Assembly (NCBI GenBank): GCA_047285535.1
Contig: JBJBDC010000001.1
Span: forward strand, 1,216,136 to 1,280,135
Origin: Synechococcus sp.
GTDB lineage: Bacteria; Cyanobacteriota; Cyanobacteriia; PCC-6307; Cyanobiaceae
Direction: 5' to 3'
Length of the DNA stretch: 64,000 nucleotides
The notes under the pieces were generated by a model. That model was not told the DNA's origin. It was given only the letters and a program-made list of their open reading frames with translations, and did not search any database. Within the stretch, counting starts at the first letter, position 1. Every line of letters starts with the position of its first letter. Of this stretch, positions 21,913-33,265 are shown one piece after another. A program made the position numbers and the translations under genes.

Positions 21913-22335
21913 ATGATCGCCCTACTGAAACGCCTGACCAGCCGTCTGATGAATGTAAGCCTGGCCCTCTGTCTTGGGCTTTCATTGCTCATCACGGCAT
22001 GCGGGAACGGATCTTCCTCACTCTCTGGGGACTACGTTCAAGACACAGTGGCTGTAGCCCACACCATCCACGACACACTTGCGCTTCCCCAGGATGCAAG
22101 CAATCGCCAAGAGGCCGAAGGAGAAGCTCGCTCTTTGATTACTGACTACGTCTCTCGCTACAGATCTCGTTCAAAGGTGAATGGACTGAGTTCGTTCACA
22201 ACCATGCAGACCGTACTCAACTCCTTAGCTGGTCACTACAACAACTACACAAACCGTCCCGTTCCAGACGCTCTTCGCGAACGAATCGATAAGGAATTAA
22301 GCAAGGCTGAGAAAGCAGCTGTGCGCGGTACTTAA
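21913..22335 (+). CDS. psb27: Photosystem II lipoprotein Psb27
   Basis: Lipobox ITAC, SFTTMQTVLNSLAGHY and RPVP. Confidence 0.93.
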   Translation: MIALLKRLTSRLMNVSLALCLGLSLLITACGNGSSSLSGDYVQDTVAVAHTIHDTLALPQDASNRQEAEGEARSLITDYVSRYRSRSKVNGLSSFTTMQTVLNSLAGHYNNYTNRPVPDALRERIDKELSKAEKAAVRGT

Positions 22336-22371
22336 TCACAAAGTTGAACAGCACTTTGACCGCAGGCAGGT

Positions 22372-23739
22372 ATGTCTGCGAAACTGCTGAATTGTGCAGA
22401 AATGCGGCTTCGGGCCGCCGATTCTTTGGCCAACGTTGTCGTCATCGGTGCTCAATGGGGTGACGAGGGGAAAGGAAAGATCACCGATCTCCTAAGTCGC
22501 TCCGCTGATGTCGTGGTGCGTTATCAAGGAGGTGTAAACGCCGGCCATACCATTGTTGTGGATGGGCGAGTGCTCAAACTTCACTTAATCCCTTCAGGAA
22601 TTCTTTACCCAGACACCATTTGCCTGATCGGCTCTGGGACCGTGGTTGATCCCAAAGTGATGCTGAAAGAGCTGGACATGCTGATCTCCAACGGGATCGA
22701 CATTTCAGGACTACAGCTCGCATCCACGGCACATGTGACGATGCCTTATCACCGCCTCTTAGATCAGGCGATGGAAAAACAACGCGGTAAACGCAGAATC
22801 GGCACCACAGGCCGAGGTATTGGCCCCACCTATGCCGATAAGTCTCAGAGGAGTGGAATCCGTGTTCTTGACCTCCTTGACGAGCATCGGCTGCGAGATC
22901 GACTTGAAGGCCCTCTGAAAGAGAAGAATCAACTTCTCGAGGTCATCTATGGCGAAAGGCCTCTCAATGCAGAAGAGATCATCAGTGAGTACCTGTCTTA
23001 CGGTCAGCGCCTTGCCCCTCATGTCGTGGATTGCACGCGCGCTATCCACGAAGCAGCGAGCGATCGCAAAAACATTTTATTTGAAGGAGCTCAAGGGACC
23101 CTTCTAGACCTTGATCACGGTACTTACCCCTATGTGACCTCCTCCAACCCTGTTTCAGGAGGTGCCTGCATCGGCGCGGGTGTGGGACCAACACTGATCG
23201 ACCGAGTGATTGGAGTCGCCAAGGCCTACACCACTCGCGTTGGTGAAGGCCCCTTCCCAACAGAGTTATCTGGCAGCTTGAACGACCAGCTCTGTGATCG
23301 AGGAGGAGAATTTGGAACAACCACTGGCCGTCGTCGTCGCTGTGGCTGGTTCGATGGCGTAATTGGGCGCTATGCCGTTCAAGTCAACGGACTTGATTGT
23401 CTTGCGATCACCAAACTTGATGTCCTTGACGAACTTGATGAAATTCAAGTTTCGGTCGCGTACGAACTCAATGGCGAACGCATCGACTATTTCCCAAGCA
23501 GCTCGGAAGACTTCGCACGATGCAAACCAATCTTCGAAACACTTCCAGGCTGGCAATGCTCCACAGCTGAGTGCCGTCGACTTGAGGACCTACCTGCTCC
23601 TGCAATGGACTACCTGCGTTTTCTCGCCGATCTAATGGATGTGCCGATTGCCATTGTTTCCCTTGGTGCCAGCCGCGATCAAACGATTGTTGTTGAAGAT
23701 CCGATCCATGGCCCAAAGAGAGCGCTGCTCAGTGCCTAA
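22372..23739 (+). CDS. purA: Adenylosuccinate synthetase (true start probably TTG at 22426)
   Basis: [19 protein letters not shown] and [14 protein letters not shown]. Confidence 0.98.
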   Translation: MSAKLLNCAEMRLRAADSLANVVVIGAQWGDEGKGKITDLLSRSADVVVRYQGGVNAGHTIVVDGRVLKLHLIPSGILYPDTICLIGSGTVVDPKVMLKELDMLISNGIDISGLQLASTAHVTMPYHRLLDQAMEKQRGKRRIGTTGRGIGPTYADKSQRSGIRVLDLLDEHRLRDRLEGPLKEKNQLLEVIYGERPLNAEEIISEYLSYGQRLAPHVVDCTRAIHEAASDRKNILFEGAQGTLLDLDHGTYPYVTSSNPVSGGACIGAGVGPTLIDRVIGVAKAYTTRVGEGPFPTELSGSLNDQLCDRGGEFGTTTGRRRRCGWFDGVIGRYAVQVNGLDCLAITKLDVLDELDEIQVSVAYELNGERIDYFPSSSEDFARCKPIFETLPGWQCSTAECRRLEDLPAPAMDYLRFLADLMDVPIAIVSLGASRDQTIVVEDPIHGPKRALLSA

Positions 23740-23855
23740 GCAACGCTCTCTTTGGGCCGCTTGAGCCGGTTGGAATCAGCAGCCGTTGATTCAACAACCC
23801 ACCGAGCAGCGCACCAGCCAACAGCCATACTTTCGCTGTACTCACAACAGCAGAG

Positions 23856-24869
23856 ATGACCTCCACGCCCCGATTCAGCAACGACAGCTCTCTTGACGTC
23901 GTGGGCATCGGAAACGCCATCGTCGATGTGTTGGTTCAAACAGAAGACAAGTTCCTGATCGATCACAACCTCAGCAAGGGCAGCATGGCCCTCGTTGATG
24001 AAGACCAGGCCGATATCCTTTACAAAGCCAGCGGACCTGGACTTGAAACCTCTGGGGGTTCCGCAGCCAACACTCTGGCCGGGCTGGCGCAACTCGGTAG
24101 TAAGGCCGGTTTTATTGGTCGAGTACGTGATGACCAACTCGGCACAATCTTCAGCCACGACATTCGATCTGTCGGAACCCGTTTCGAGACGCCAGCCGCG
24201 ATCAGTGGCCCCAGCACCGCCCGTTGCCTGATTCTCGTCACATCGGATGCCGAACGCACCATGTGCACCTACCTCGGTGCCTCAACCCAACTGGATCCAA
24301 ATGATCTCGACCTCTCAATGGTTCGCGACACCAAGATTCTCTATCTCGAGGGTTACCTCTGGGATAGTCCTGCGGCAAAACGTGCCTTCATCACAGCCGC
24401 CGAGGCATGCCGCGAAAGCGGTGGGCAAGTCGCCCTCTCTCTCTCCGATGGCTTCTGCGTGGACCGTCACCGTGAAAGCTTTCTAGAACTTGTCGATGGG
24501 CATGTAGACGTGCTCTTCGCCAATGAAGATGAAATCAAATCGTTATATGGAGCAGCAAATTTCGACAGCGCCCTCGATCAAGTGAAAGGTCGCTGCAACG
24601 TAGCCGTCCTCACCCGTAGCGAACGTGGCTCTGTCGTGCTCTGCGGTGATCAGCGATGGGAGATCCCCTCTTACAAGCTTGGAGATCTAGTTGACACCAC
24701 TGGAGCAGGCGATCTCTACGCAGGTGGCTTTCTACATGGCTACACCCAAGACCTGCCCTTGGAGATCTGCGGAAGAATTGGTTCAATCTGTGCCGGACAA
24801 GTTGTGACGCAATTGGGGCCTCGTTCACAGGTCTCTTTACCTGATCTAATTGCCAAGCATCTTGATTGA
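23856..24869 (+). CDS. PfkB-family sugar/adenosine kinase
   Basis: GIGNAIVD, SGGSAANT, FANEDE and DTTGAGDLYAGGFL. Confidence 0.92.
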   Translation: MTSTPRFSNDSSLDVVGIGNAIVDVLVQTEDKFLIDHNLSKGSMALVDEDQADILYKASGPGLETSGGSAANTLAGLAQLGSKAGFIGRVRDDQLGTIFSHDIRSVGTRFETPAAISGPSTARCLILVTSDAERTMCTYLGASTQLDPNDLDLSMVRDTKILYLEGYLWDSPAAKRAFITAAEACRESGGQVALSLSDGFCVDRHRESFLELVDGHVDVLFANEDEIKSLYGAANFDSALDQVKGRCNVAVLTRSERGSVVLCGDQRWEIPSYKLGDLVDTTGAGDLYAGGFLHGYTQDLPLEICGRIGSICAGQVVTQLGPRSQVSLPDLIAKHLD

Positions 24870-24908
24870 CCGAAGGATTGGCCTAAATCCATGAGTCGCA
24901 AACACGAT

Positions 24909-25192
24909 TCAGGCCAGCCCAAAAAGGAGGTTGGAATCGTCCTGGAGACAGGGAACCTCCATGGCCCCGAGCCCTGCTGTCAATCCAGAACGCATCACCT
25001 TAATGAGCAGTCGCATGAACCACATTGAATTGTTCAAGGATGTCCTTCCTCATAGAAAACGATGTTTTCATTTCCTACTGTCTAACGACTTCCGTCTGTT
25101 TCGGATTGGTCGGCTGCCTAGCAAGCCAATGAACTCTGTTAATCCGCTTCATTGGGCAGAACCAATCCAAAAGTATCAGGGGGCTGTGCCAT
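24909..25192 (-). pseudogene. cutA: Probable eroded cutA (divalent cation tolerance) relic
   Basis: ATG 25192 gives MAQPPDTFGLVLPNEAD*, compare CutA LVLTTEAD. Later MRLLIK... compare VQLLIKT. It sits between cobK and the PfkB kinase, where I recall cutA in picocyanobacteria. Confidence 0.45.
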
Positions 25193-25991
25193 TCAGATGC
25201 GTTAAAAGCTGATTCACGGTATGGACCTCAGGGACATGCGCAAGGACTGCCGGTCGACGCAACAGCCAAAGCCCAAGATCCAATTCCTTAGCGAGGCTCG
25301 CCCATAGGGTCTCGGTGGGACCTCCTGACTGGCGACAGACCACATCAGTGATATGCCAACGCCTGCAAACAGCAGCTTCAATGGAACCTGGAGGGTGGCC
25401 CTGGAGTGGTCGAAGCACAGCCACATGATCAGGTTGAACGCCGGCTGCACTGGCCTGAATCAGAGACATCGGCGAGGGAAGGACTCTTGCAAATACTGAA
25501 GCCCCCGTGGCACGTACGGTTCGAGCCACCTCCACTAACTGGCGGGCGCCGAGGGCGAGAAGAAGTCGTCGTCCAGAGAGAGGCTGCTCAATCAGTTCAT
25601 GAATCGAGGAGAGCACAACAGCCTTGCCCAAGTCCTCCATGCGCCGTTCAAAACGCACCAATCGCTGCCCTAAAGCCTGGCAAGCCTGGTTCAGCTGATC
25701 ACTAATTCTCACGGCAAATGGATGGGTCGCATCCACAACCCAGTCCACAGGTCTGCTCTGCAGCCATTGCACGATGCCTGGTGCACCAGCCAGAGCACCC
25801 ACATGGATTTGGACCAAATGCATCCTCCGATACGGCTGCGCAGCAGCATCAGATACAACGCTGACATGTACGTGCCATCCCTCTTCAATGAGAACGGCAG
25901 CCAATTGCGGGCCCTCACCCGTCCCTGCCAGCAACCAAACAGTCCGCTGGCGATTCTCCTGTCGGTGCATCAGGATGGCGCTCTCTATCAC
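25176..25991 (-). CDS. cobK: Precorrin-6A/cobalt-precorrin-6A reductase
   Basis: LLAGTGEG, VVDATHPFA, RVLP and CRQSGG. Confidence 0.92.
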   Translation of the reverse strand: MIESAILMHRQENRQRTVWLLAGTGEGPQLAAVLIEEGWHVHVSVVSDAAAQPYRRMHLVQIHVGALAGAPGIVQWLQSRPVDWVVDATHPFAVRISDQLNQACQALGQRLVRFERRMEDLGKAVVLSSIHELIEQPLSGRRLLLALGARQLVEVARTVRATGASVFARVLPSPMSLIQASAAGVQPDHVAVLRPLQGHPPGSIEAAVCRRWHITDVVCRQSGGPTETLWASLAKELDLGLWLLRRPAVLAHVPEVHTVNQLLTHLNGTAP

Positions 25992-25999
25992 AGCTGAGA

Positions 26000-26467
26000 A
26001 TGAACCACTGCGTGCTCGAGGTAGATGTCCTTCAAGCTCCCACCCTGCGTTACACCCAAGACAATCAAACTCCCATTGCGGAGATGGACGTCTCCTTCGA
26101 TGCCCTCCGACCCGATGACCCCAAAGGAGTGTTGAAGGTGGTGGGATGGGGCAACCTCGCGCAAGACCTCCAAAATCGGGTCCAAGTTGGCCAACGTCTT
26201 CTGATTGAAGGGCGCCTCCGGATGAACACGGTGCCTCGCCAAGACGGAACCAAGGAGAAAAGAGCTGAGTTCACCCTCTCCCGTCTTCATCCAGTTGGCC
26301 CTGAAGTATCAGGCCAAGGGCAGCCCTCTGCAGCTCCGAGCAGGGCAGCAGCTAGATCTGCCCAGTCCCCTGCTGGAGAAACCAAAACCACTGCAGGGGA
26401 AAAGAATTCCGCTGCACAATGGAACACGTCTCCACTCGTGCCAGAAACCGACGACATCCCTTTTTAG
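26000..26467 (+). CDS. ssb: Single-stranded DNA-binding protein family
   Basis: OB-fold pattern (PTLRYTQD, VVGWGNLA, IEGRL) and the C-terminal DDIPF tail. Confidence 0.9.
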   Translation: MNHCVLEVDVLQAPTLRYTQDNQTPIAEMDVSFDALRPDDPKGVLKVVGWGNLAQDLQNRVQVGQRLLIEGRLRMNTVPRQDGTKEKRAEFTLSRLHPVGPEVSGQGQPSAAPSRAAARSAQSPAGETKTTAGEKNSAAQWNTSPLVPETDDIPF

Positions 26468-26489
26468 ATTGCGCCTCAAGCCAAACAAT

Positions 26490-26696
26490 TTAGTGACGCT
26501 TATCAGGAATGCTTTCTGAAGCACGTAACAGCAACTGTCCAAGCTCTCGTTCCAAGGCCGCCAAGTCAAGTCTTAAATCGGACCAGCGGCCTCGATCAAT
26601 TTGTTCGAGCAACCAAGCGCGATCCTTCTCCAGCTGAGCAATCAGCTCCCGAGCGCCTATGGACTGCTCGACTGACTGCTTGTTCGAGGTTTTCAT
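26490..26696 (-). CDS. Small hypothetical protein
   Basis: 68-aa helical ORF (LEKDRAWLLEQIDRGRW...LAALERELGQLL) that fills the gap between genes. Confidence 0.65.
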   Translation of the reverse strand: MKTSNKQSVEQSIGARELIAQLEKDRAWLLEQIDRGRWSDLRLDLAALERELGQLLLRASESIPDKRH

Positions 26697-27324
26697 GATT
26701 CTTGGGCTCCTTCACCCATCCTGCAGCTCTTTTGGTCACAATGTCGTTAATGCACGGGCACAAATGAACGAGCTCATTTCGCCCGGAAGTCTGATAACAA
26801 TCGCAGGCGGTGTTCTTACCGTGGTTGGATCTTTGGCCTATGGCGCTGGGAATGCAAATCTCAGCCTTCCAACAATTTTTTATGGCATTCCCATTCTGCT
26901 AGGAGGGCTTGCTCTCAAATCATCGGAACTTCCGCCAGCTCGCCGAGTCACACCCAAGAAACAATTACGAGCGGAGCGTGAAGCGGCACCTCCTGAACTT
27001 GTCAAATTGCTCAACGACGTAACGAGATGGCGTTACGGGCAGAAAGCCCACTTGGAGTCTTCTCTCGAGGCCCTCAAGTTATGGGACGAGGACAAGCCTT
27101 CTCAACTGATGGAAATCGAAGAGATCAAGAGCAAAACAGGCTATGGGCTCAGATTACGATTTGCTTGCGAGGCTGTAGGGCTCGAACGTTGGCAAGAGCG
27201 CCGCGAGAGATTGGGGCGTTTTTTTGCAACTGGCCTAGAGGCTGAAATCACGCCGCTCGCAAACGATCAACTCGATTTGACGTTGCTTCCTAAGGGTGAC
27301 TCCACGAAAGGAGAGCATGGTTAA
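26659..27324 (+). CDS. DUF2854-like cyanobacterial membrane protein (start probably ATG 26764)
   Basis: Two TM helices, [14 protein letters not shown] and [13 protein letters not shown]. Confidence 0.8.
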   Translation: MDCSTDCLFEVFMILGLLHPSCSSFGHNVVNARAQMNELISPGSLITIAGGVLTVVGSLAYGAGNANLSLPTIFYGIPILLGGLALKSSELPPARRVTPKKQLRAEREAAPPELVKLLNDVTRWRYGQKAHLESSLEALKLWDEDKPSQLMEIEEIKSKTGYGLRLRFACEAVGLERWQERRERLGRFFATGLEAEITPLANDQLDLTLLPKGDSTKGEHG

Positions 27325-27341
27325 TCCTGAGCACATGCCCC

Positions 27342-28199
27342 ATGGATGATTCCCTACGGGTCTCAGTCCTGAGCGAGGCCCTTCCCTACATCCAGCGCTT
27401 CGCCGGACGGCGCATTGTGGTCAAGTACGGCGGAGCCGCAATGGTCCACGCTGAATTACGCGATGCCGTGTTCCGCGACATCGCGTTATTAGCCAGTGTC
27501 GGGGTTCAGCCAGTCGTGGTTCATGGCGGAGGCCCGGAGATCAACACCTGGCTGACACGACTTGAAATTCCTTCTGAATTTCGTGATGGCTTGCGCATCA
27601 CCGATGCCGAAACGATGGATGTCGTTGAGATGGTTCTCGTAGGCCGCGTGAACAAGCAGATCGTCAACGGTCTGAACCGGCTGGGCGCACGAGCCGTAGG
27701 CCTAAGCGGTAGTGACGGACTGTTGGTTGAGGCTCGTCCATGGGGCGATGGAAGTCACGGTTTGGTTGGCGATGTGGCTCGGGTGAATCCAGATGTCCTG
27801 GAGCCGCTCCTGGCAAGGGGATATGTTCCGGTCATTTCAAGCGTGGCTGCCAACCCGGAGGGAGAATCTCACAACATCAATGCGGACACTGTTGCCGGTG
27901 AGCTCGCAGCAGCACTTGAAGCTGAAAAATTGATTTTGCTGACAGATACCAAGGGAATTCTTCGTGATCAGGAGAATCCCGATTCCCTGATCCGACAACT
28001 CAGGCTTTCGGATGCAAGGCAATTGATCCACGAAGGAGTTGTTGCAGGTGGGATGACACCTAAAACAGAATGTTGCATTCGTGCCTTGGCTCAGGGTGTA
28101 GCTGCCGCTCACATCGTTGATGGTCGCGTCCCCCATGCGCTTCTCCTTGAAGTCTTCACCGATGCAGGAATCGGGACGATGGTTCTCGGCCGCGGATAA
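27342..28199 (+). CDS. argB: Acetylglutamate kinase
   Basis: [26 protein letters not shown] and GGMTPK. Confidence 0.97.
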   Translation: MDDSLRVSVLSEALPYIQRFAGRRIVVKYGGAAMVHAELRDAVFRDIALLASVGVQPVVVHGGGPEINTWLTRLEIPSEFRDGLRITDAETMDVVEMVLVGRVNKQIVNGLNRLGARAVGLSGSDGLLVEARPWGDGSHGLVGDVARVNPDVLEPLLARGYVPVISSVAANPEGESHNINADTVAGELAAALEAEKLILLTDTKGILRDQENPDSLIRQLRLSDARQLIHEGVVAGGMTPKTECCIRALAQGVAAAHIVDGRVPHALLLEVFTDAGIGTMVLGRG

Positions 28200-28202
28200 T
28201 CC

Positions 28203-29297
28203 ATGACCGAAGCTCTGGCAGCCGCAGAAGCCGCTCTAGAGCGGGGAGATTACGGCCAGTGCATCGCATTGCTTGAGCCGATAGCAGAAGCCAATCCGAT
28301 CATGGAAAGCAAAGGAGCGGCGATCCGCATGCTGCTTGTCACGGCTTGGATGGGGAAAGGAGATGAGGACAAAGCGCTTAGGACCTGCCGAAAACTCACT
28401 CATTGCAAGGATCCCGAACTACGTACCAGAGCCCGTCAGTTGCTCGATGTACTCGAGGCACCAAGCCTGGCAAGACCTGCAAGCTGGTCGATGCAATTGC
28501 CAACCTTGGAGATGGATGCGCGTATCGGCCCACGTCCCAAGAGCTTGAATCGCCGCAAATTACCGCCGCCACCGCCATCCCCCCCGACTGGACCAACCCG
28601 TGCCCCCGCTGCTGGCTTTGCCATTCTTGTGATCATCGTGCTGGGGGGACTAACACTTTTATTAAGCGGTTGCGTACAAATCACCGCAGACCTCACCATC
28701 CCAGGTCCTAACAGAGTGAACATGGATTGGGAAATCAATAGCCGTAGTGGCCTCAGACTTCCCTGGCAGGAAGCATTCAGTCGGGAGCTCAGAGACACGA
28801 ACCTGCCCTGGCATATTCACAACTCAGAGAATGGCCGTCTTGAGGTAGAGGCGCCAACCATGAACAGTGAGGACGCGGCTGCGCTCCTAAGCCAAACGGT
28901 TGCAGCTGCTGGACACAGCGCAGGCTTGTCACTGCCAGCTCCAACACTCAGGCTTCAAGAGCGCAACTGGCTGGTAGGTCTCCACCAAGACCTCCTCCTT
29001 GAGCTCGATCTCAGCCCTCTTCAACAACTGAACGAACTAGAGATTGCGATAAGTCTTGGAGACCAATCGAGACGACTCCGTTTGCAGAGCAGTCCTGCCC
29101 TTGCAGTTCCAAACGAGCAGGGAATCATGATCTGGCCCCTCACCGTCGGCGTCAAGAATCGATTGCGATTGAGCCAATGGCGCTGGAGCCGGCTCGGTCT
29201 TGGAGGTCTCGCGATTTTGATACTTCTCGTGTTCAGTACCAGCCTGCAAATCCTTCGTCTGCAAATGGGTTTCGGCTATCCAGAATTACCGTCCTGA
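28203..29297 (+). CDS. Membrane protein with TPR-like N-terminus (DUF3153-like)
   Basis: ALERGDYGQC helical N-terminus, Pro-rich linker, TM ending LLLSGC and a C-terminal TM. Confidence 0.7.
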   Translation: MTEALAAAEAALERGDYGQCIALLEPIAEANPIMESKGAAIRMLLVTAWMGKGDEDKALRTCRKLTHCKDPELRTRARQLLDVLEAPSLARPASWSMQLPTLEMDARIGPRPKSLNRRKLPPPPPSPPTGPTRAPAAGFAILVIIVLGGLTLLLSGCVQITADLTIPGPNRVNMDWEINSRSGLRLPWQEAFSRELRDTNLPWHIHNSENGRLEVEAPTMNSEDAAALLSQTVAAAGHSAGLSLPAPTLRLQERNWLVGLHQDLLLELDLSPLQQLNELEIAISLGDQSRRLRLQSSPALAVPNEQGIMIWPLTVGVKNRLRLSQWRWSRLGLGGLAILILLVFSTSLQILRLQMGFGYPELPS

Positions 29298-29299
29298 TT

Positions 29300-31573
29300 T
29301 CACAGTTGAAGTGGATCTGGATCGACGGCGAGAGCCACGCCTCTTGGGAGTCCCTCCCATAGGGAGCTACCAGACGGCAGAGGCAATGCAGCAGCCTGTG
29401 GTCCATGCAACAACAACTGCCAGCGACTGCGACCAGCAACCCTTGCCACTGGAGCTGGAGCTGGACCGATGAGCTGCCAACCAGCGGTCGCGCAACTGGG
29501 ACGCAGTTGTTCAGCCAGCACGGCGGCGGCTGTTGCAGTTGAGGAAGCCGAAGTCCCGGACAATCGAAGTAGGCAAGCCCTGGCATAGGGCACCAATCCG
29601 GCGTCTCTTCGTTCCCGAGCTTCCTCCTCCAGAAAACGCTCATAACGACCATTAACCAGATGCAAAATCACTGGATGATCAGGGCTGTAGGTCTGCACTA
29701 AAACCTGCCCAGGACGCTTTCCGCGCCCGGCCCGGCCGGCAAGTTGCAACAGCAACTGAAGGGCTTGCTCCCCAGCACGGAGATCGGGACGATGCAAAAG
29801 GCCATCAGCCGCAAGTACCGCGGCAAGAGTGACGCGAGGGAGGTCCATACCTTTCGCAAGCATTTGGGTCCCAACCAGCACATCAGCTTCTCCAGCCGCA
29901 AACTGATCCAACAGACGACGATGTCCATCGCGACCACCAGTCGTATCTCGATCAAAGCGCAACAGACGCAAGCCTTCCAACTCAGTCTCGAGCTTTTCCA
30001 ATACCTTCTGGGTGCCAGCCCCAAAGGGCTTAAACGCCGAAGAACCACAGTGGCCACAGTTGGAGGTGACCGGGGCTCGATAGTCACACCAATGGCAGCG
30101 AAGCCACTGATGCCCAGTACTTTTCCCATGAACGGTTAGCGCCACATCACAGTGCGGACACTGCACCACCTCACCACAGCTGCGACAACTCAAAAACGTG
30201 CTGTATCCACGACGGGGCACGAGCACCACAGCCTGTTCTCCTCGTTCAGGAAGTTTCGCCAATCGATCCATGAGCGCCCTGCTGATTAACCGCCGATGGC
30301 CATCAGCGAGCTCATGACGCATATCGACGATTTGCACAGGCGGCAAAGGCTGGTCAGAGATGCGCTGCTGAAGACGAGCCAAAGCCAATGGCCCATCGGG
30401 TGCCAACTGAATCCATGTGTCAAGCGAAGGCGTTGCACTTCCGAGCAAGACGCGACCTCCCTCTCTTTGAACCCTTGCCATCGCCAGGTCACGAGCGTGA
30501 TAGCAGGGCATCGGAGACTCCTGCTTATAGGAACTGTCATGCTCCTCGTCCAACACAATCAACCCCAGAGGGCAAAGCGGAAGAAAAATGGCAGAACGCG
30601 TTCCAACAACCACGAGAGGGCCGTCGGCCTCCAAGCTGTTACGCCAGGTTCGAACCCGTTCTCCCACAGCACAACCGCTGTGATATTCGAGCACCCGAGA
30701 GCCAAATCGACGGCGACAGCGATCAACCAGCTGAGGGATCAGACCAATTTCAGGAGTCAGCACCAAGACATGCCGACCAGCCGCCAACTCTTCCGCCGCC
30801 AGCTGGAGGTAAACCTCGGTTTTTCCCGACCCAGTAATCCCCCAAAGCAGTACTCCCCCACCCTCCGGCTGATCGTGGAACGTATCAATCGCTACACGCT
30901 GCTCCTCGGTGAGATGTCTGGGGACCTCAAGTGGCTGAAGCAATCCCGCTGCATTTGACGTGTGAACAGCCTCAGGGGCTGGACGCAACTCTCGAACCAG
31001 CCGATCTCGACGAATAAGAGCCTGCACGATGGCTGACTGGAAACCAGCCGCTCCTAGATCTCGCTGCCAAGCTCCACCACCTAACTCCTGCAAGGTGGCC
31101 ACTAAGGCCGCCTGTCTTGGAGGTAAATTCTCATCCAAACTGGCATCGTTATTGTTTAAAGCGACCCACCAAAGCCTGCGTTCCTTGATGGTTTGCATAA
31201 CGCGCTGACCAAGCCAGCCAGGAGGGAGAGCTGCTTTCAGCATTCGGAAAGGACTGGTGTGACAGTGCTGTGCCATCTCTTCCAGCCACAGTCTCCACGC
31301 TGGTCCCACCGCAGCCTGTTGAAGTAATGCTTCAACAGGCTGGAGCGCACAATCCTCAAGTTGAGTTCGACAAGCTGTGACCAAACCATGAAGGCGACGC
31401 CCCCGAAGAGACACCTGAACAAGGTCACCTAAGTGGACATCAAGCTTTTTGCGATCGCAGTAACTGAACGTGCGACCATCCCGACCAGCCTCTAGCCAAA
31501 CATCAACCACCACTAGACCTGGCGGCGGTCGTCCTGAATTTTTTGAAAGGTCGGTTGCTGGGGTTGCGTTCAT
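29300..31573 (-). CDS. priA: Primosomal protein N'
   Basis: GITGSGKTEVY, DEEHD, four CxxC pairs, GTQMLAKGMD and QLAGRAGR. Confidence 0.97.
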   Translation of the reverse strand: MNATPATDLSKNSGRPPPGLVVVDVWLEAGRDGRTFSYCDRKKLDVHLGDLVQVSLRGRRLHGLVTACRTQLEDCALQPVEALLQQAAVGPAWRLWLEEMAQHCHTSPFRMLKAALPPGWLGQRVMQTIKERRLWWVALNNNDASLDENLPPRQAALVATLQELGGGAWQRDLGAAGFQSAIVQALIRRDRLVRELRPAPEAVHTSNAAGLLQPLEVPRHLTEEQRVAIDTFHDQPEGGGVLLWGITGSGKTEVYLQLAAEELAAGRHVLVLTPEIGLIPQLVDRCRRRFGSRVLEYHSGCAVGERVRTWRNSLEADGPLVVVGTRSAIFLPLCPLGLIVLDEEHDSSYKQESPMPCYHARDLAMARVQREGGRVLLGSATPSLDTWIQLAPDGPLALARLQQRISDQPLPPVQIVDMRHELADGHRRLISRALMDRLAKLPERGEQAVVLVPRRGYSTFLSCRSCGEVVQCPHCDVALTVHGKSTGHQWLRCHWCDYRAPVTSNCGHCGSSAFKPFGAGTQKVLEKLETELEGLRLLRFDRDTTGGRDGHRRLLDQFAAGEADVLVGTQMLAKGMDLPRVTLAAVLAADGLLHRPDLRAGEQALQLLLQLAGRAGRGKRPGQVLVQTYSPDHPVILHLVNGRYERFLEEEARERRDAGLVPYARACLLRLSGTSASSTATAAAVLAEQLRPSCATAGWQLIGPAPAPVARVAGRSRWQLLLHGPQAAALPLPSGSSLWEGLPRGVALAVDPDPLQL

Positions 31574-31894
31574 GACACGTTTTTTTTAAGATAAGAGAGT
31601 TGGACAGCTCATAAGCTGTAGTTGGAACAAGCAGAGTTCCTTCCAAAGGGAAGATCCGCAGCTCGTGCCATGGGATTCCATGATGCCGACCGGTCTGAGA
31701 ATGCCCTTGACAGTTCTGCATCGGACCAAACCAGCCCTTTTAATTTTGCCTAACGCTCCGCGTTTTTCTTTGCTCCCCTTTTTCCTTTTGAAAAGGTGAT
31801 GCCGTTACGGCATGCGCCCATCATTTGGGTTTATTGCTTTGACTGTTGATGACATTCGCTTCTTGCCCCGATCGCTCCTTCGCTACTGACCGCC

Positions 31895-33265
31895 ATGAGT
31901 CCCGCTGCGACCAAATTGGCTCAGGCCACATCCAAACCAAGCCCTTCAATCATCATGCTGGCCGATGAGAAAGGTCAGCCCAAAGCGGTAAAAGCCAAAA
32001 CAAAATCAGCTTCGAAAGCCAAAACAACAAAGAAGGCAAGCGCTAAAACAAAAGCAAGCAGCACAAAAACAAAAGCAAGCAGCACAAAAACAAAAGCAAG
32101 CAGTACAAAAGCGAAAGCAAGCAGTACAAAAACAAGCAAAGCGAAAGCAACTTCTACCACCGCCAAGTTGGAAGCGTCAGCTGATCAACTCCTTGCAGCG
32201 ACTGACAAAACGACCGCAGTCGCAAAAATCAGCGATAGCGCAGCAACGTCAGCCACAGACGCCAAAGCAGAAGCCAAAGCCAAGGTTCTTGCAAGTATTA
32301 AAGTTGGGCCGAAAGGGGTTTACACCGAAGACTCCATTCGTGTTTACCTTCAGGAAATAGGAAGAATCCGCCTTCTGCGTCCAGACGAAGAAATTGAATT
32401 AGCTCGCAAAATTGCAGACCTGCTCCACCTCGAGGAACTGGCTGCACAGTTTGAAAGCGATAACGGCAAACTTCCTGTCACGAAGGAATGGGCTGCACTG
32501 GTGGAAATGCCAGTGATTCGCTTCCGACGAAGGCTGATGCTTGGTCGTCGCGCAAAAGAAAAAATGGTGCAATCCAATTTGCGCCTTGTGGTGTCGATTG
32601 CCAAAAAATATATGAATCGTGGCCTGAGCTTTCAGGACCTCATTCAGGAAGGCAGCCTGGGACTGATTCGAGCTGCTGAAAAATTCGACCACGAAAAGGG
32701 CTACAAGTTTTCGACTTATGCCACTTGGTGGATCCGTCAAGCGATTACCCGCGCCATTGCCGATCAATCCCGAACCATCCGACTACCGGTTCACCTCTAC
32801 GAGACCATTTCCAGGATCAAAAAAACCACCAAGGTGCTCAGCCAAGAATTCGGCCGTAAGCCTACAGAGGAAGAAATCGCAGAATCGATGGAAATGACCA
32901 TCGAAAAATTGCGATTCATTGCCAAGAGTGCCCAACTTCCCATCTCGCTTGAAACTCCCATTGGCAAAGAAGAAGATTCACGCCTAGGCGACTTCATCGA
33001 AGCCGATATCGAAAATCCAGAACAAGATGTTGCCAAAAATCTTCTCCGCGAAGATCTTGAAGGAGTTCTTGCTACGCTTAGCCCTCGCGAAAGAGATGTC
33101 CTACGGCTTCGCTACGGCCTCGACGATGGTCGCATGAAAACATTGGAAGAAATTGGACAAATCTTTGATGTAACCCGCGAGAGGATTCGTCAGATAGAAG
33201 CCAAAGCACTCCGGAAATTACGCCATCCAAACAGAAACGGAGTTCTCAAGGAATACATCAAGTAA
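31895..33265 (+). CDS. rpoD: Principal RNA polymerase sigma factor (RpoD/SigA)
   Basis: [44 protein letters not shown] and [19 protein letters not shown]. Confidence 0.98.
   Translation: MSPAATKLAQATSKPSPSIIMLADEKGQPKAVKAKTKSASKAKTTKKASAKTKASSTKTKASSTKTKASSTKAKASSTKTSKAKATSTTAKLEASADQLLAATDKTTAVAKISDSAATSATDAKAEAKAKVLASIKVGPKGVYTEDSIRVYLQEIGRIRLLRPDEEIELARKIADLLHLEELAAQFESDNGKLPVTKEWAALVEMPVIRFRRRLMLGRRAKEKMVQSNLRLVVSIAKKYMNRGLSFQDLIQEGSLGLIRAAEKFDHEKGYKFSTYATWWIRQAITRAIADQSRTIRLPVHLYETISRIKKTTKVLSQEFGRKPTEEEIAESMEMTIEKLRFIAKSAQLPISLETPIGKEEDSRLGDFIEADIENPEQDVAKNLLREDLEGVLATLSPRERDVLRLRYGLDDGRMKTLEEIGQIFDVTRERIRQIEAKALRKLRHPNRNGVLKEYIK
32045..32128 (+). repeat. 21-bp tandem repeat, 4 copies, in rpoD region 1.1
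   Basis: aaaacaaaagcaagcagcaca twice, then ...cagtaca, then aaagcgaaagcaagcagtaca; encodes K(T/A)KASST four times. Confidence 0.92.
33121..33263 (+). repeat. Left copy of the 143-bp direct repeat (rpoD 3' end, putative attL)
   Basis: Aligns without gaps to 49850-49992 with 10 mismatches. Confidence 0.95.

Noticed and set aside
32045..32128. Repeat array as a possible CRISPR
   Set aside because: Units are contiguous with no spacers, in frame within rpoD, and no cas genes are present.
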